Positions 11,092-25,100 of a stretch of DNA of 64,000 bases are shown here, one piece after another. The position numbers and the translations under genes are program-made. The notes under the pieces were generated by a model. It saw only the letters and a list, made by a program, of their open reading frames with translations. It had not been told where the DNA came from and searched no databases. This stretch comes from Rhynchopus sp. YZ270_cl-10 (lineage: Eukaryota): positions 992,001 to 1,056,000 of the forward strand of contig OZ037837.1 of NCBI GenBank assembly GCA_964035575.1, in the 5' to 3' direction. The first letter of the stretch is position 1, and each line of letters starts with the position of its first letter.

Positions 11092-11286
11092 CATAGAAAT
11101 AGCGCTAAGATCGCCATATTTTGGGTCTTGGGACGCATATTCATGGATGCGGGGGGTAGTATCAGTGTATGGCCCTCTCTGGATTTTTTTCTTTTTTGTT
11201 GCTTTGTTGCTGCCCGCGAGGGGCCGTTGTGTTAACTCAAATAAATCAATTTCAAATTTCTTTCCATTCAAAGAAGAGAAAGCACA
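11092..11286 (-). CDS. Possible isolated exon encoding part of a WWE-like domain
   Basis: 195-bp open segment between a pyrimidine-rich TTTAG acceptor and a GTCAGT donor; NGKKFEIDLFELTQR...KKKIQRGP resembles the WWE C-terminal Y.IDF..M.Q...R.VRR pattern. No partner exons identified. Confidence 0.3.
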
Positions 11287-11497
11287 CTAAAGAACATTAA
11301 AAAAAAAATAACGGGAGAATCCATGGCGATTTTGGCGCGATTTTGGCGCAATCGCCGTCGCGGTGGGGAAAATCGATATCGCAGGGAGGAGATCGCGACG
11401 TTCAAAAAAAACTGATAAAACAGAAAGAAGAGAAAGACAGCATTCGTAGTGGATTGGGATGATGTAATTTATCAATATTGTGTTTTTTTTATAAAAG

Positions 11498-11614
11498 CCA
11501 CCTGATTTTTACCCCGCGTATAGGCGCGTATAGCGCGTAAAGGCTGGGGAAAATGGGTGGGGTTTGGCCTATATGGGCCTTTACGCGCCTATACGCGGGG
11601 TAAAAATCAGGTGG
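11498..11614. mobile_element. Palindromic MITE-like element
   Basis: ccacctgatttttaccccgcgtataggcgcgta and its exact reverse complement ending at 11614. Confidence 0.65.
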
Positions 11615-13175
11615 AAAATGTTCGCAAACAAAACAAAAAAAAAGTGGATCATAGATAATCATAGATAAAGAAAACAAGAGAGTTGGAAGTGCAAACGCCT
11701 CACCGTGCATCGGCAGACGACACTGGAAACAAATACAAAGACAACAAGAAGATCCAGTAAAAAATAAGAAAAAAAAAAAGAAAAAGAGAAAAATTGAAGA
11801 AAAAAGTTGGGAAATACAACAGCCCTCTCATGACAGTGTACCTTTGGTGCGTTGACCAGAACACCTCTCCTCACAACCAGCTGCCCCTACATCCATTTTA
11901 CAATTTGCATCTGATATGCTCTACTCCCCTCTTCATTGGTCAGATGAAGCAGGGAACGTTGGAGACCACAGGTGATTAGGCCTGATCGATGTAGGTTCAG
12001 GCTGGGCCATATACATGGCAGGCGATAAGAGCCTTGACATCTTCCCTTCAGGTACTTTGTGTAGTTTTGACAATCACCTCTAAGGGTTCTGTACAGCAAG
12101 GTCCTTTTAAAAGAATTATTTCAAGTATACTTGATGGAATACTTTGACCTAAACATCATTTCATATACTAACTATTCTACTGAATAGAAGGTATAATAGG
12201 GTGCACTAAATGTACCCCAAACTTTTTTTTACTTTATGTGGATTGTTTGTTTCTGATAGGAATACTTCGACCTAAAAATCAAAAAAAAAAAATTCCCGAA
12301 CAAGAAAACCATCGTATTCCAGATCTCTTACCACCTGCCCTGGGCTATATATTAATAGGTATAAAAGCTTTGGAAACAAAGAGAAACAGGCTATGCGAGA
12401 ACGTATCAGGACTGTGTCTTTCTCTGAGGGTCATACCCGTAAGCCCAGCCCCAGCAAGCTAAGACCGGGTGAAATGTACGAACCCTCCAGAGAGTGGGCA
12501 CTTCATTTTGACAAATGATTCACATAAATTTCTCCCCCCCGTTCGTCTTTTGTTTAGTTTTGGTACTCTACCCTTGTCATATGCTTTTCTTGTCTACCCC
12601 AAAAAACATCCAGAAATAGATGTCAAAAGAGGGGGAAAAACCCCCTTTTCCTGAAGTACAGAAAGTGAGGTGAGTGCACAATAAAAGGGGAGGTAATAAA
12701 CAAAATTCTCAGACGTTTGAACCACAAAAATATTTTTCCTAATTTTAAAAAAAATCGTTGACTTGAAAATACAAAGCCCTCACGTGACAATGTAAAAAAA
12801 AAGGGGGGCGCAAAAAAAGGAATTCATTCAAGCAGAACCCATTGAGAGGACGGGATGCATTCCCCTGCACGCACGATGATGGAATACGAGAATACATGGA
12901 TGGCGCCTGTTACCGGGGTTTTCCTGTGCATTACCGGGAAATTCTACGCTGTCAATAGCTATCTTCACCCACACAGGAAAAACGGGAAAACGAAACAGGG
13001 GGAGAGTTTGTTAGGTGTATGCTTCCACCGTTTTTTTTTTCCCCCCGCAAAACCCAGTAATGCACGATACCCCAGTAACAGATGACAACCATGGCAAAAC
13101 GCAACTACTAATTTCATATACTTTCCATTTCGAAGATAGAATCACATAAGTCATGATAAGAGGCAATACAGCCAG

Positions 13176-13363
13176 ACACCACGGACTCGTAAGGACATTA
13201 CGCGCTTCATGACGTCGTGATACCGTCGTGATGAGGAAAAAAAAACCCCCCCCCGCCATGACCTCGTCATTACGAGGGGGTGACGACGTATTGCGCGCGT
13301 CATTTCCCCACGTTTTTTTTCCCTCGTCGCTCGTCACGTAATGTCCTTACGAGTCCATGGTGT
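13176..13363. mobile_element. MITE-like element with 27-bp TIR
   Basis: acaccacggactcgtaaggacattacg / cgtaatgtccttacgagtccatggtgt (one mismatch). Confidence 0.7.
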
Positions 13364-14337
13364 AAGATACGTGGACCGTAAAAGAAGGTCCAAGTTCCCA
13401 AAAAAAAAAGACCATTCCAAAAAACAGAAGAAGAAAAAGAACAGAGGGTATGGGGGGTGAATGTGATATGTGAGAGAAGTGTTTCTGGTATCAAAAAATA
13501 TCGTTTCGCAATTTGTCAGGATGTATGATTGTGCGCAGCATAGTAACACACCCTGGCAATGCTTGGACTATTTTTTTTTTAAAATAGGGGGGGAAAATAA
13601 AATATTTTTCGTTATCTGTTCGCATGGTTTACAAAAGATCCTATTAAATTAAGATATGGCTTCGTCCATAAACCCCCCCGCCCAAACCCCGCGATTTAGC
13701 CATTTTTCAGTTTTTCGCCCAGTTCCGGCCATCTGACACCCATCCTCCACCATAGGCGTGCTGGGGGGGGGGTATTATGAGTGGAACACACGGAGTAAGA
13801 TCCATTCATTGAACTTCGAGTTTGGCCAAAAAAACAACAATGCATTCCTCTGAGCCCAACGCTGTTGTTTGGCCTGTCTGCGGCTTTGTACCAAAAATGT
13901 GCACGAAGACAGGGTCTGGTGGCAAATTTCTGCGGCGTCGTATTCCCTCATGTGTGGGTCACTCACACACAGGGGTGGGTATACGTTTTTCGGGTACCCC
14001 AAAAAAGTTTTGTGATTCCCAAAAAAAAAGTCAGATATACCAGAAATAAGTTCAGATACACCCGAAATAACACCCAAAAATAGGCACTGACTATATCTGA
14101 ACTTATTGTTCGGGTATATCTGACCAAGACTTCCCAAACAAAGAAAACCTTACAACCTCAAAAAGATTAAGATATAATTTTTTCAATCGAAAGATGACCT
14201 CAAAAACCTCAAAAAAAAAAAACTCCCCTTCACTAAGATCTTTTGTTCCCCATGGATCTATAACTATTACTATACTATAACATGGGAGCGGAAAGGGGAA
14301 ACGTCTGTAGGGTCAACGGGGGAGATCGCAATGACAG

Positions 14338-14368
<31 letters not shown>
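14338..14368. repeat. (AAC)n microsatellite
   Basis: About ten AAC units. Confidence 0.9.
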
Positions 14369-16473
14369 AAAATCCCACCCCCCCACAAAAAAAAACTTGA
14401 AAGATGAATGTGCCTCGCGTGCACACATCTTCTTATCGTTACAAAAAAAAAAACAAAGAAAAGTTGTAAGACACATGCACTCCACAGTGCATTACACACA
14501 CATATATTTTTTCCCCCCACAAGAATGCTAATCGAGGCTCGCGCTCCTGTTTGAGGGAGCTTGTTTCCTCGTCAGCGTATAGTTTTGGGGGTAATGTCAT
14601 TTCCTCATTTTTACTATCATCGCAGGACACGGCACGGGAAATAAAGAGAAAAGTTTATAAGATGACCCGCCTCTCGCTTCTTAGTCACCTTGCCTAAGTA
14701 AATACAATTCGCAAAATGCCGTGTTTTCCCCCAGCTCTTAAAACCAGATTGCTTCGATGTAGCTATGCCAAGTAAACGACACAAAAAAATGGGGTAAGAA
14801 AAATTGAAAGAATAAGAGAAGACCCGAAGTGCAAACGCCTCACCGGTTCATCGGCGGACGCAACGCACTGGGGGGAGATAAACAAATCTCTCCGTGGTTG
14901 CCCCACACGGACTTGAAGCGTTTCAAGCCCGTCCATTTTTATTGGGTTTGAAAGAAAAAAAATACAGCAAAACTCGCTTAGTGTGGCTGAGCCTAAGAAA
15001 AGGTAACTTCGTAGCCTTTTGTTAGGAATGCAGGTTTTTGGCTTTTTTCAGCCACCTTATTGAGCTCGTAAATGATAAAGAAAGATTGAGAGAGAAAGAG
15101 AAAGATGGAGTTATTCGCAGAAAAATATGTATTCTGCCCACACTCCTCTAGTCAGACCTGCATAAGATCCGTAAGAGTAGCTGCAGCCATACAACAAAAC
15201 ACCGCTGAGATAGGACCATAGGTGGTGAAATTATTACGCACCCACTTGCCGTTTGGATAAAGAAAACAAAGACGAAAAAGGGGGTCGGGGGAAGAGTTTA
15301 ATTCTTGAACGCATCCCCACACTCAGGTACACTCAGGTACAACAAAACACCGGCGAGATAGGAACATAAGTGGAGTAACAAAAACACCAGAGGAGACAAT
15401 TTTTTTTTAGAATAATGGTGTTCCGGAGGGGGCCTGTATTGACATGTCCTTGACATGTCCTTGACAGGTGTTTCCGGAACACCAAATAAGGTAAAAGAAA
15501 TAAATACAAACAAAAAGGCACTCCGCATCCAAAGGGGGGGAGGGGGGGGATGTCTGGGGACAAAAAAAAACAAACCAGAGGGGAGAGGGGAGAGGGGAAG
15601 GTAAAAACTATAGGGTGGATTTTGGAATTTCAAAAAAACACGAAGAAGGAGGGTTTTTTGAAAACTTGGTTGTATTAGTGTAGCCACCCTAGAGTGTGCT
15701 CCACTATAAACTCGAAGAAGGAGGATTTTTTTTTTTTGTTATCCCACCGGTGGTTGTTGTATAGAACTGTGTACACCAAAGTACCGATTACGAAAGCAAG
15801 AATAGAAAAGTTAGAAAAAGAGAGACGAAGAAATGATTATTTCATATACTTTCTTTTCTTAAAGAAACGAAAAGAAAGCAAAGAGGGAAATGAAAAAAAT
15901 TGACTCTGTCAGTCTGAGTACCAAAAAAAGTGTTCAAGTAAATGCCGCACAGGATATGTCCGCATTAAACGATACAATTTGAAAAATAAAAATGCTCGAG
16001 AGACTTACTCTTTGTTTGTTGTCTCAAAAAAATACTGCAAAACAGGGGGGGGGGGGGGGGAGGAAAAAATAAGGTTGTCTGTCGTTCTCTTCCACATAAA
16101 AAAATACAACTTGAAATACTATTTTCGGTATATGCAATTAAATTGAAAGCATGGGTATAGGGATCAACAAAAATGACTTGAAATACAAAAAAGCTAGCCG
16201 TGTGTACCTTAGTAGGTACATGACCGGTACACTGTGGGGGGGGGGAGGAGGAAAAGATTGTGTGGCTCAAGGATTACTCCCCCGAAGGCAGAACATTCTT
16301 CACAATTCTTTCACAAAAACTCCTGATTTGTAACAGAAACCGTGATCGGAAATGGGGAAAACGGGGCACCTCTTTTTGTCTAAATACTACGGGTGGCAAT
16401 AACTATCTTCGCCCACACAGAAAAAAAAACGGGAAACGAAACAGGGGGAGAGTTTGTTAGTTGTACGCTTCCA

Positions 16474-16655
16474 CACGGTGGCCAGTTTGTATGTGGAAGA
16501 GCGTCAAAAGTGGACGAAAATACAGGTTTGTAATTGCTCTCGCGGGAGAGAGTCTGGGAGAGAATCTCCACACCCAGTGGCTACCAGACGCTCTCCCAAA
16601 AAAAAATAAAAAATGTCAAAATTTTGACGCTCTCCCACTCAAACTGGCCACCGTG
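16474..16655. mobile_element. MITE with 16-bp TIR and apparent 2-bp TSD (CA)
   Basis: cacggtggccagtttg / caaactggccaccgtg; the homologous empty site (gcttccacc) is at ~13021. Confidence 0.75.
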
Positions 16656-16855
16656 CACCTGATCGGATTTGGGGGAAATGGGGCACCTCTTTTTGCCTGA
16701 AATTTTCCTAAATTTTGGTGGAGTATAGTGAACTTTAAATACCGAACTCCGCTAAACTCCAGCATATTTTCAGGCAAAAATCTGGTGAACGGCTTAATGT
16801 GTATTGCGAATTAATCGAACTAACGAAAAAAACTACCTTGCCAAGGGGGGGAAGT

Positions 16856-16979
16856 ACACGACGACGAAGTAAACGACTTTAACTTCTGGTTTTACTTTTT
16901 GTGATTTCCCCGTTGGGCTGCGTGAAGCCACAAAAAAATTAAAACCACAAAGTTAAGTCATTTACGTTGCCACCGTGTA
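16856..16979. mobile_element. Degenerate MITE with ~40-bp imperfect TIR
   Basis: tacacgacgacgaagtaaacgactttaacttctggtttt versus aaaaccacaaagttaagtcatttacgttgccaccgtgta. Confidence 0.5.
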
Positions 16980-19136
16980 GGTTTTACTAGATAGCGCAAT
17001 AATAACCATCACCGCATTCCCGCTGAAGAAAAAAATGCTCGAGAGACTTATTGCTCTTTGCTTGTTGCTCAAACAGACTATATCAAACAGACCATAGGGG
17101 AGAGAGGGGTGAAAAATGATTTGTTTGTTGCTCGCTTCCACACCAATTCTGAATCAGTTTTAAGTATTTTTTGGCTGTCCTTACAAGAGCCTTACATTAC
17201 GCTCGTGTGGACTCTTTTTTTTTCTCTTTTTTTTAAAATTTTTTCAATTTAAATTTTGACTAAGATTGCAGTGAACAAATTTACGGTATGGTGGTGTAGT
17301 TGACTGAAGTACAAAAAGCAATGCGGAAGAGATGGGGAGAAAACAAGCCGGGGGAGTGGATACACCGACGCTCGATCATTTTTTTTTATTTTTCCAAATA
17401 CGGTTAACTAAGTGTATAACCCACAGAAAGAGAACAAAGTAGAGTTGAAATACAAAGCCCTCTCGTGAACAGTGTACCTTGGTATGTACAACAATGTGAA
17501 CAAAGCTTTGGAAGATGATTGTGCCTCTCGTACACCTACACATACATCTTTTAACAAAGAGTCTGCAAGACAGGACAGTATTCAAAAATAATAAACACCT
17601 CGTCTCTTATTTGGTTGGTACGCTACGTCAAATAAGCAAAAAGGAAGTATGGTCAAGAGAGTGATAGCTTTCCCAATACTGGATAGCCCCTAATCAGGGT
17701 TTTGCGTTAGACAGTGGTGAGGTGTTTAAAAAAAAAACGCAAAAGCACTTCATTGTCCAATTAGCGGACAGTAGGCGCAGTTACGCAAAGATTTGTCGAA
17801 AAGGGAGAAAAAAAAACCGGGCTCCAGATAGTATTCTAGTGTCAGTGAAGATGCAGAACACTTTTGAAGCCCCCCCCCTTTTATTTTACGACAATCACCA
17901 TCACTACTCAAAAAAAACCACACACTGGGTAAAGATCTGTGTTCATTTCCTTCGAAAACTTTTGTTTTATTTAGTGCAGAAACACCCCAAGATGAAGCTG
18001 CACTAGCAACATGCACACAGTTTCTATTATATATTTTTTTTTGATATTTTTTTGAAGAAAAAAAAAACTCCCGAAAAGGCCATGATCATTCTAGTCCATT
18101 GTTCTGGCCCATGATTTTTGTTTTTTTTCGAAACACAGTAATTTGTTGGATTAGTGTTGCTGCCAAAAGAGACAGCCTTCACTTCTTTTTTTCTTTTTTT
18201 GAAAACTTGGTTGTATTAGTGTAGACACCCTAGGATGAACTCCACTATATTCTTTTTTTGCTAAATTTGGTACGTCTGTCTCCCCACCCGGGATTTTCTC
18301 TGGAAACCCAAGGCTCTTATAAATACACCTTGGGTACATTATGAACTTTATCCGCAGGTGGGAATTTTGCCTTTTTTGCATTTGATGGGGGGGAAACATG
18401 GAGGGCGAGACTCGACTGACTAGCGGAATAGTCACAAACATGTTATTAAGTTGCGCGGCAGGGTGGTGAGGGGGGAATAGAAAAAAAAAAATTTGTTTTT
18501 AACATGAATTGAAGAAAGTAATACGAATCGTAACGTAAGGAAAGAAACGATAGGATGATAAATGATGTGTACAGTTCCCTTGCCACAGGGACACGATCGA
18601 AAAAACAAAAAGAAGAACAAAAAAAAAAAAAGAGGGAAAGCGAAAAAAACTGCAAAACTACTACAAAACAATTACAAGGAATCAATCTTCGGGAGTGCAG
18701 CTAAAGGGGGTTATGCGGTGTGCAATACTCCAACCAAAAAAGCTTGCTTTGCACAAAAGAGAGTAAAAACCGGCAAAGTCAAATACATCTACAACAGGGC
18801 CACTTCACATCTCTGCGAAGCTGCCACTACAACTGCGCTCTCTCTCACTATGATGACAAAACAGAAAAAAATCAAATTTCGTGTGTATTGCTTGACGCAA
18901 TCAATGGATCACAAAGTCATGCATTTACCCCCTACCCTCTTCAGAGGACAGGAGGTAAGGTTGGGACAGCAGAATATTTCATCCAATACCTAACTCAGCC
19001 GTAGAACGCTCATAACGTAGCATCACAACCAAGTATGTATGCTCAGGATATCACTGTCACTTCCACAGTACTCCTATTTCCACATAACCGTTAATACGAG
19101 AGTCTTAACTTTCGCATACAATGTGCAGGATCAAGC

Positions 19137-22100
19137 CTAGAACGGGACATTGTGGGTCTCAGTCGCAATACGAGAATTCTTGGTATGCAAAACCCACAGA
19201 AACAGAGCCAAACCCAATGCCACAAGCAGAGCCGCAATCGCACCGAAGATCGCGAGATAGTACAAGGCACCCTTTTCATCCTTGAACCGAGACTCAGTCT
19301 CAGCAGTCCTCTCTGTCGATAGGGGCACATCTGTGGGTGGTAACGTCACCAAAGTAGGAGCAGGTGTAGACTCATCAAGAGTGACACCTCCACCCAGAAT
19401 AGAGGGAGACGGGGTAGGTGGTGATATGGTCGAACGTGCTATTGTGCTCGCATCTGAGGTCGAAGGAATCAATGTCACACCTCCACCAAGCACAGACGGC
19501 GACGGCGTCGGAGGTGATGGTGTTGGTGGTGATGGTGTCGGAGGTGACGGTGTGGGTGGTGACACAGTCGAAGGAATCAATGTCACACCTCCACCAAGCA
19601 CAGACGGCGACGGCGTCGGAGGTGATGGTGTAGATGGCGATGGTGTCGGAGGTGACGGTGTGGGTGGTGACATTGTTGAAGGAATCAATGTCACACCTCC
19701 ACCAAGCACAGACGGCGACGGCGTCGGAGGTGATGGTGTTGGTGGCGATGGTGTCGGAGGTGACGGTGTGGGTGGTGACACAGTCGAAGGAATCAATGTC
19801 ACGCCTCCACCAAGCACAGACGGCGACGGCGTCGGAGGCGATGGTGTTGGTGGTGATGGTGTCGGAGGTGACGGTGTGGGTGGTGACACAGTCGAAGGAA
19901 TCAATGTCACACCTCCACCAAGCACAGACGGCGACGGCGTCGGAGGTGATGGTGTTGGTGGCGATGGTGTCGGAGGTGACGGTGTGGGTGGTGACACAGT
20001 CGAAGGAATCAATGTCACGCCTCCACCAAGCACAGACGGCGACGGCGTCGGAGGCGATGGTGTTGGTGGTGATGGTGTCGGAGGTGACGGTGTGGGTGGT
20101 GACACAATCGAAGGAATCAATGTCACGGCTCCACCAAGCACAGACGGCGACGGCGTCGGAGGTGATGGTGTTGGTGGCGATGGTGTCGGAGGTGACGGTG
20201 TGGGTGGTGACACAGTCGAAGGAATCAATGTCACGCCTCCACCAAGCACAGACGGCGACGGCGTCGGAGGTGATGGTGTAGATGGCGATGGTGTCGGAGG
20301 TGACGGTGTGGGTGGTGACACAGTCGAAGGAATCAATGTCACACCTCCACCAAGCACAGACGGCGACGGCGTCGGAGGTGATGGTGTTGGTGGCGATGGT
20401 GTCGGAGGTGACGGTGTGGGTGGTGACACAGTCGAAGGAATCAATGTCACGCCTCCACCAAGCACAGACGGCGACGGCGTCGGAGGTGATGGTGTTGGTG
20501 GCGATGGTGTCGGAGGTGACGGTGTGGGTGGTGACATTGTTGAGGGAATCAATGTCACACCTCCACCAAGCACAGACGGCGACGGCGTCGGAGGTGATGG
20601 TGTTGGTGGTGATGGTGTCGGAGGTGACGGTGTGGGTGGCGACATTGTTGAAGGAATCAATGTCACACCTCCACCAAGCACAGACGGCGACGGCGTCGGA
20701 GGTGACGGTGTGGGTGGTGACATTGTTGAAGGAATCAATGTCACACCTCCACCAAGCACAGACGGCGACGGCGTCGGAGGTGACGGTGTGGGTGGTGACA
20801 TTGTTGAAGGAATCAATGTCACACCTCCACCAAGCACAGACGGCGACGGCGTCGGAGGTGATGGTGTTGGTGGAGACGGCGTCGGAGGTGACGGTGTGGG
20901 TGGCGACATTGTTGAAGGAATCAATGTCACACCTCCACCAAGCACAGACGGCGACGGCGTGGGAGGTGATGGTGTTGGTGGTGATGGTGTCAGAGGTGCC
21001 GGTGTGGGTGGTGACACAGTCGAAGGTATCACTGTCACACCTCCACCAAGCACAGACGGCGACGGCGTCGGAGGTGATGGTGTTGGTGGCGATGGTGTCG
21101 GAGGTGACGGTGTGGGTGGTGACATTGTTGAAGGAATCAATGTCACACCTCCACCAAGCACAGACGGCGACGGCGTCGGAGGTGATGGTGTTGGTGGCGA
21201 TGGTGTCGGACCTGACGGTGTGGGTGGTGACATTGTTGAAGGAATCAATGTCACACCTCCACCAAGCACAGACGGCGACGGCGTCGGAGGTGACGGTGTG
21301 GGTGGTGACATTGTTGAAGGAATCAATGTCACACCTCCACCAAGCACAGACGGCGACGGCGTCGGAGGTGATGGTGTTGGTGGCGACGGCGTCGGAGGTG
21401 ACGGTGTGGGTGGCGACATTGTTGAAGGAATCAATGTCACACCTCCACCAAGCACAGACGGCGACGGCGTCGGAGGTGATGGTGTTGGTGGTGATGGTGT
21501 CGGAGGTGACGGTGTGGGTGGTGACATTGTTGAGGGAATCAATGTCACACCTCCACCAAGCACAGACGGCGACGGCGTCGGAGGTGATGGTGTTGGTGGT
21601 GATGGTGTCGGAGGTGATGGTGTGAGTGGTGACATTGTTGAAGGAATCAATGTCACACCTCCACCAAGCACAGACGGCGACGGCGTCGGAGGTGATGGTG
21701 TTGGTGGTGATGGTGTCGGAGGTGATGGTGTGAGTGGTGACATTGTTGAAGGAATCAATGTCACACCTCCACCAAGCACAGACGGCGACGGCGTCGGAGG
21801 TGATGGTGTGAGTGGTGACATTGTTGAAGGAATCAATGTCACACCTCCACCAAGCACAGACGGCGACGGCGTCGGAGGTGATGGTGTTGGTGGTGATGGT
21901 GTCGGAGGTGACGGTGTGCGTGGTGACACAGTCGAAGGAATCAATGTCACACCTCCACCAAGCACAGACGGCGACGGCGTCGGAGGTGATGGTGTTGGTG
22001 GTGATGGTGTCGGAGGTGACGGTGTGCGTGGTGACACAGTCGAAGGAATCAATGTCACACCTCCACCAAGCACAGACGGCGACGGCGTCGGAGGTGATGG

Positions 22101-25100
22101 TGTTGGTGGTGATGGTGTCGGAGGTGACGGTGTGGGTGGTGACATTGTTGAAGGAATCAATGTCACACCTCCACCAAGCACAGACGGCGACGGCGTCGGA
22201 GGTGATGGTGTTGGTGGCGATGGTGTCGGAGGTGACGGTGTGGGTGGTGACACAGTCGAAGGAATCAATGTCACACCTCCACCAAGCACAGACGGCGACG
22301 GCGTCGGAGGTGATGGTGTTGGTGGCGATGGTGTCGGAGGTGACGGTGTGGGTGGTGACACAGTCGAAGGAATCAATGTCACACCTCCACCAAGCACAGA
22401 CGGCGACGGCGTCGGAGGTGATGGTGTTGGTGGCGACGGCGTCGGAGGTGACGGTGTGGGTGGCGACATTGTTGAAGGAATCAATGTCACACCTCCACCA
22501 AGCACAGACGGCGACGGCGTCGGAGGTGATGGTGTTGGTGGTGATGGTGTCGGAGGTGACGGTGTGGGTGGTGACATTGTTGAGGGAATCAATGTCACAC
22601 CTCCACCAAGCACAGACGGCGACGGCGTCGGAGGTGATGGTGTTGGTGGTGATGGTGTCGGAGGTGACGGTGTGGGTGGCGACATTGTTGAAGGAATCAA
22701 TGTCACACCTCCACCAAGCACAGACGGCGACGGCGTCGGAGGTGATGCTGTTGGTGGTGATGGTGTCGGAGGTGACGGTGTGGGTGGTGACACAGTCGAA
22801 GGAATCAATGTCACACCTCCACCAAGCACAGACGGCGACGGCGTCGGAGGTGATGCTGTTGGTGGTGATGGTGTCGGAGGTGACGGTGTGGGTGGTGACA
22901 CAGTCGAAGGAATCAATGTCACACCTCCACCAAGCACAGACGGCGACGGCGTCGGAGGTGATGGTGTTGGTGGCGATGGTGTCGGAGGTGACGGTGTGGG
23001 TGGTGACACAGTCGAAGGAATCAATGTCACACCTCCACCAAGCACAGACGGCGACGGCGTCGGAGGTGATGGTGTGAGTGGTGATGGTGTCGGAGGTGAC
23101 GGTGTGGGTGGTGACACAGTCGAAGGAATCAATGTCACACCTCCACCAAGCACAGACGGCGACGGCGTCGGAGGTGATGGTGTGAGTGGTGATGGTGTCG
23201 GAGGTGACGGTGTGGGTGGCGACATTGTTGAAGGAATCAATGTCACACCTCCACCAAGCACAGACGGCGACGGCGTCGGAGGTGATGGTGTGAGTGGTGA
23301 TGGTGTCGGAGGTGACGGTGTGGGTGGTGACATTGTTGAGGGAATCAATGTCACACCTCCACCAAGCACAGACGGCGACGGCGTCGGAGGTGATGGTGTT
23401 GGTGGTGATGGTGTCGGAGGTGACGGTGTGGGTGGTGACACAGTCGAAGGAATCAATGTCACACCTCCACCAAGCACAGACGGCGACGGCGTCGGAGGTG
23501 ACGGTGTGAGTGGTGATGGTGTCAGAGGTGACGGTGTGGGTGGTGACACAGTCGAAGGAATCAATGTCACGCCTCCACCAAGCACAGACGGCGACGGCGT
23601 CGGAGGTGATGGTGTTGGTGGTGATGGTGTCGGAGGTGACGGTGTGGGTGGTGACATTGTTGAAGGAATCAATGTCACACCTCCACCAAGCACAGACGGC
23701 GACGGCGTCGGAGGTGATGGTGTTGGTGGCGATGGTGTCGGAGGTGACGGTGTGGGTGGTGACACAGTCGAAGGAATCAATGTCACACCTCCACCAAGCA
23801 CAGACGGCGACGGCGTCGGAGGTGATGGTGTTGGTGGCGATGGTGTCGGAGGTGACGGTGTGGGTGGTGACACAGTCGAAGGAATCAATGTCACACCTCC
23901 ACCAAGCACAGACGGCGACGGCGTCGGAGGTGATGGTGTTGGTGGCGATGGTGTCGGAGGTGACGGTGTGGGTGGTGACACAGTCGAAGGAATCAATGTC
24001 ACACCTCCACCAAGCACAGACGGCGACGGCGTCGGAGGTGATGGTGTTGGTGGCGACGGCGTCGGAGGTGACGGTGTGGGTGGCGACATTGTTGAAGGAA
24101 TCAATGTCACACCTCCACCAAGCACAGACGGCGACGGCGTCGGAGGTGATGGTGTTGGTGGTGATGGTGTCGGAGGTGACGGTGTGGGTGGTGACATTGT
24201 TGAGGGAATCAATGTCACACCTCCACCAAGCACAGACGGCGACGGCGTCGGAGGTGATGGTGTTGGTGGTGATGGTGTCGGAGGTGACGGTGTGGGTGGT
24301 GACACAGTCGAAGGAATCAATGTCACACCTCCACCAAGCACAGACGGCGACGGCGTCGGAGGTGATGGTGTTGGTGGCGATGGTGTCGGACCTGACGGTG
24401 TGGGTGGTGACATTGTTGAAGGAATCAATGTCACACCTCCACCAAGCACAGACGGCGACGGCGTCGGAGGTGATGGTGTTGGTGGCGATGGTGTCGGAGG
24501 TGACGGTGTGGGTGGCGACATTGTTGAAGGAATCAATGTCACACCTCCACCAAGCACAGACGGCGACGGCGTCGGAGGTGATGGTGTTGGTGGCGACGGC
24601 GTCGGAGGTGACGGTGTGGGTGGCGACATTGTTGAAGGAATCAATGTCACACCTCCACCAAGCACAGACGGCGACGGCGTCGGAGGTGACGGTGTGGGTG
24701 GTGACATTGTTGAAGGACTCGGAGTTGGTGGTGACGGTGTCGGTGGACTCGGAGTCGGTGGTGACGGTGTCGGAGGACTCGGAGTCGGTGGTGACGGTGT
24801 CGGAGGACTCGGAGTTGGTGGTGACGGTGTCGGAGGACTCGGAGTTGGTGGTGACGGTGTCGGAGGACTCGGAGTTGGTGGTGACGGTGTCGGAGGACTC
24901 GGAGTCGGTGGTGACGGTGTCGGAGGACTCGGGGTCGGTGGTGACGGTGTCGGAGGACTCGGAGTCGGTGGTGACGGTGTCGGAGGACTCGGGGTCGGTG
25001 GTGACGGTGTCGGAGGACTCGGAGTTGGTGGTGACGGTGTCGGAGGACTCGGAGTCGGTGGTGACGGTGTCGGAGGACTCGGGGTCGGTGGTGACGGTGT

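Noticed and set aside
11865..12150. Protein-like minus frame with several in-frame TGA, considered as a selenoprotein or recoding
   Set aside because: Also contains TAA stops, is CpG-poor and shows no recognisable domain or SECIS; more likely decayed sequence.
12357..12520. Short plus-strand frame ending REWALHFDK, reminiscent of RLE-type retrotransposon C-termini
   Set aside because: Too short, and no endonuclease motif follows.
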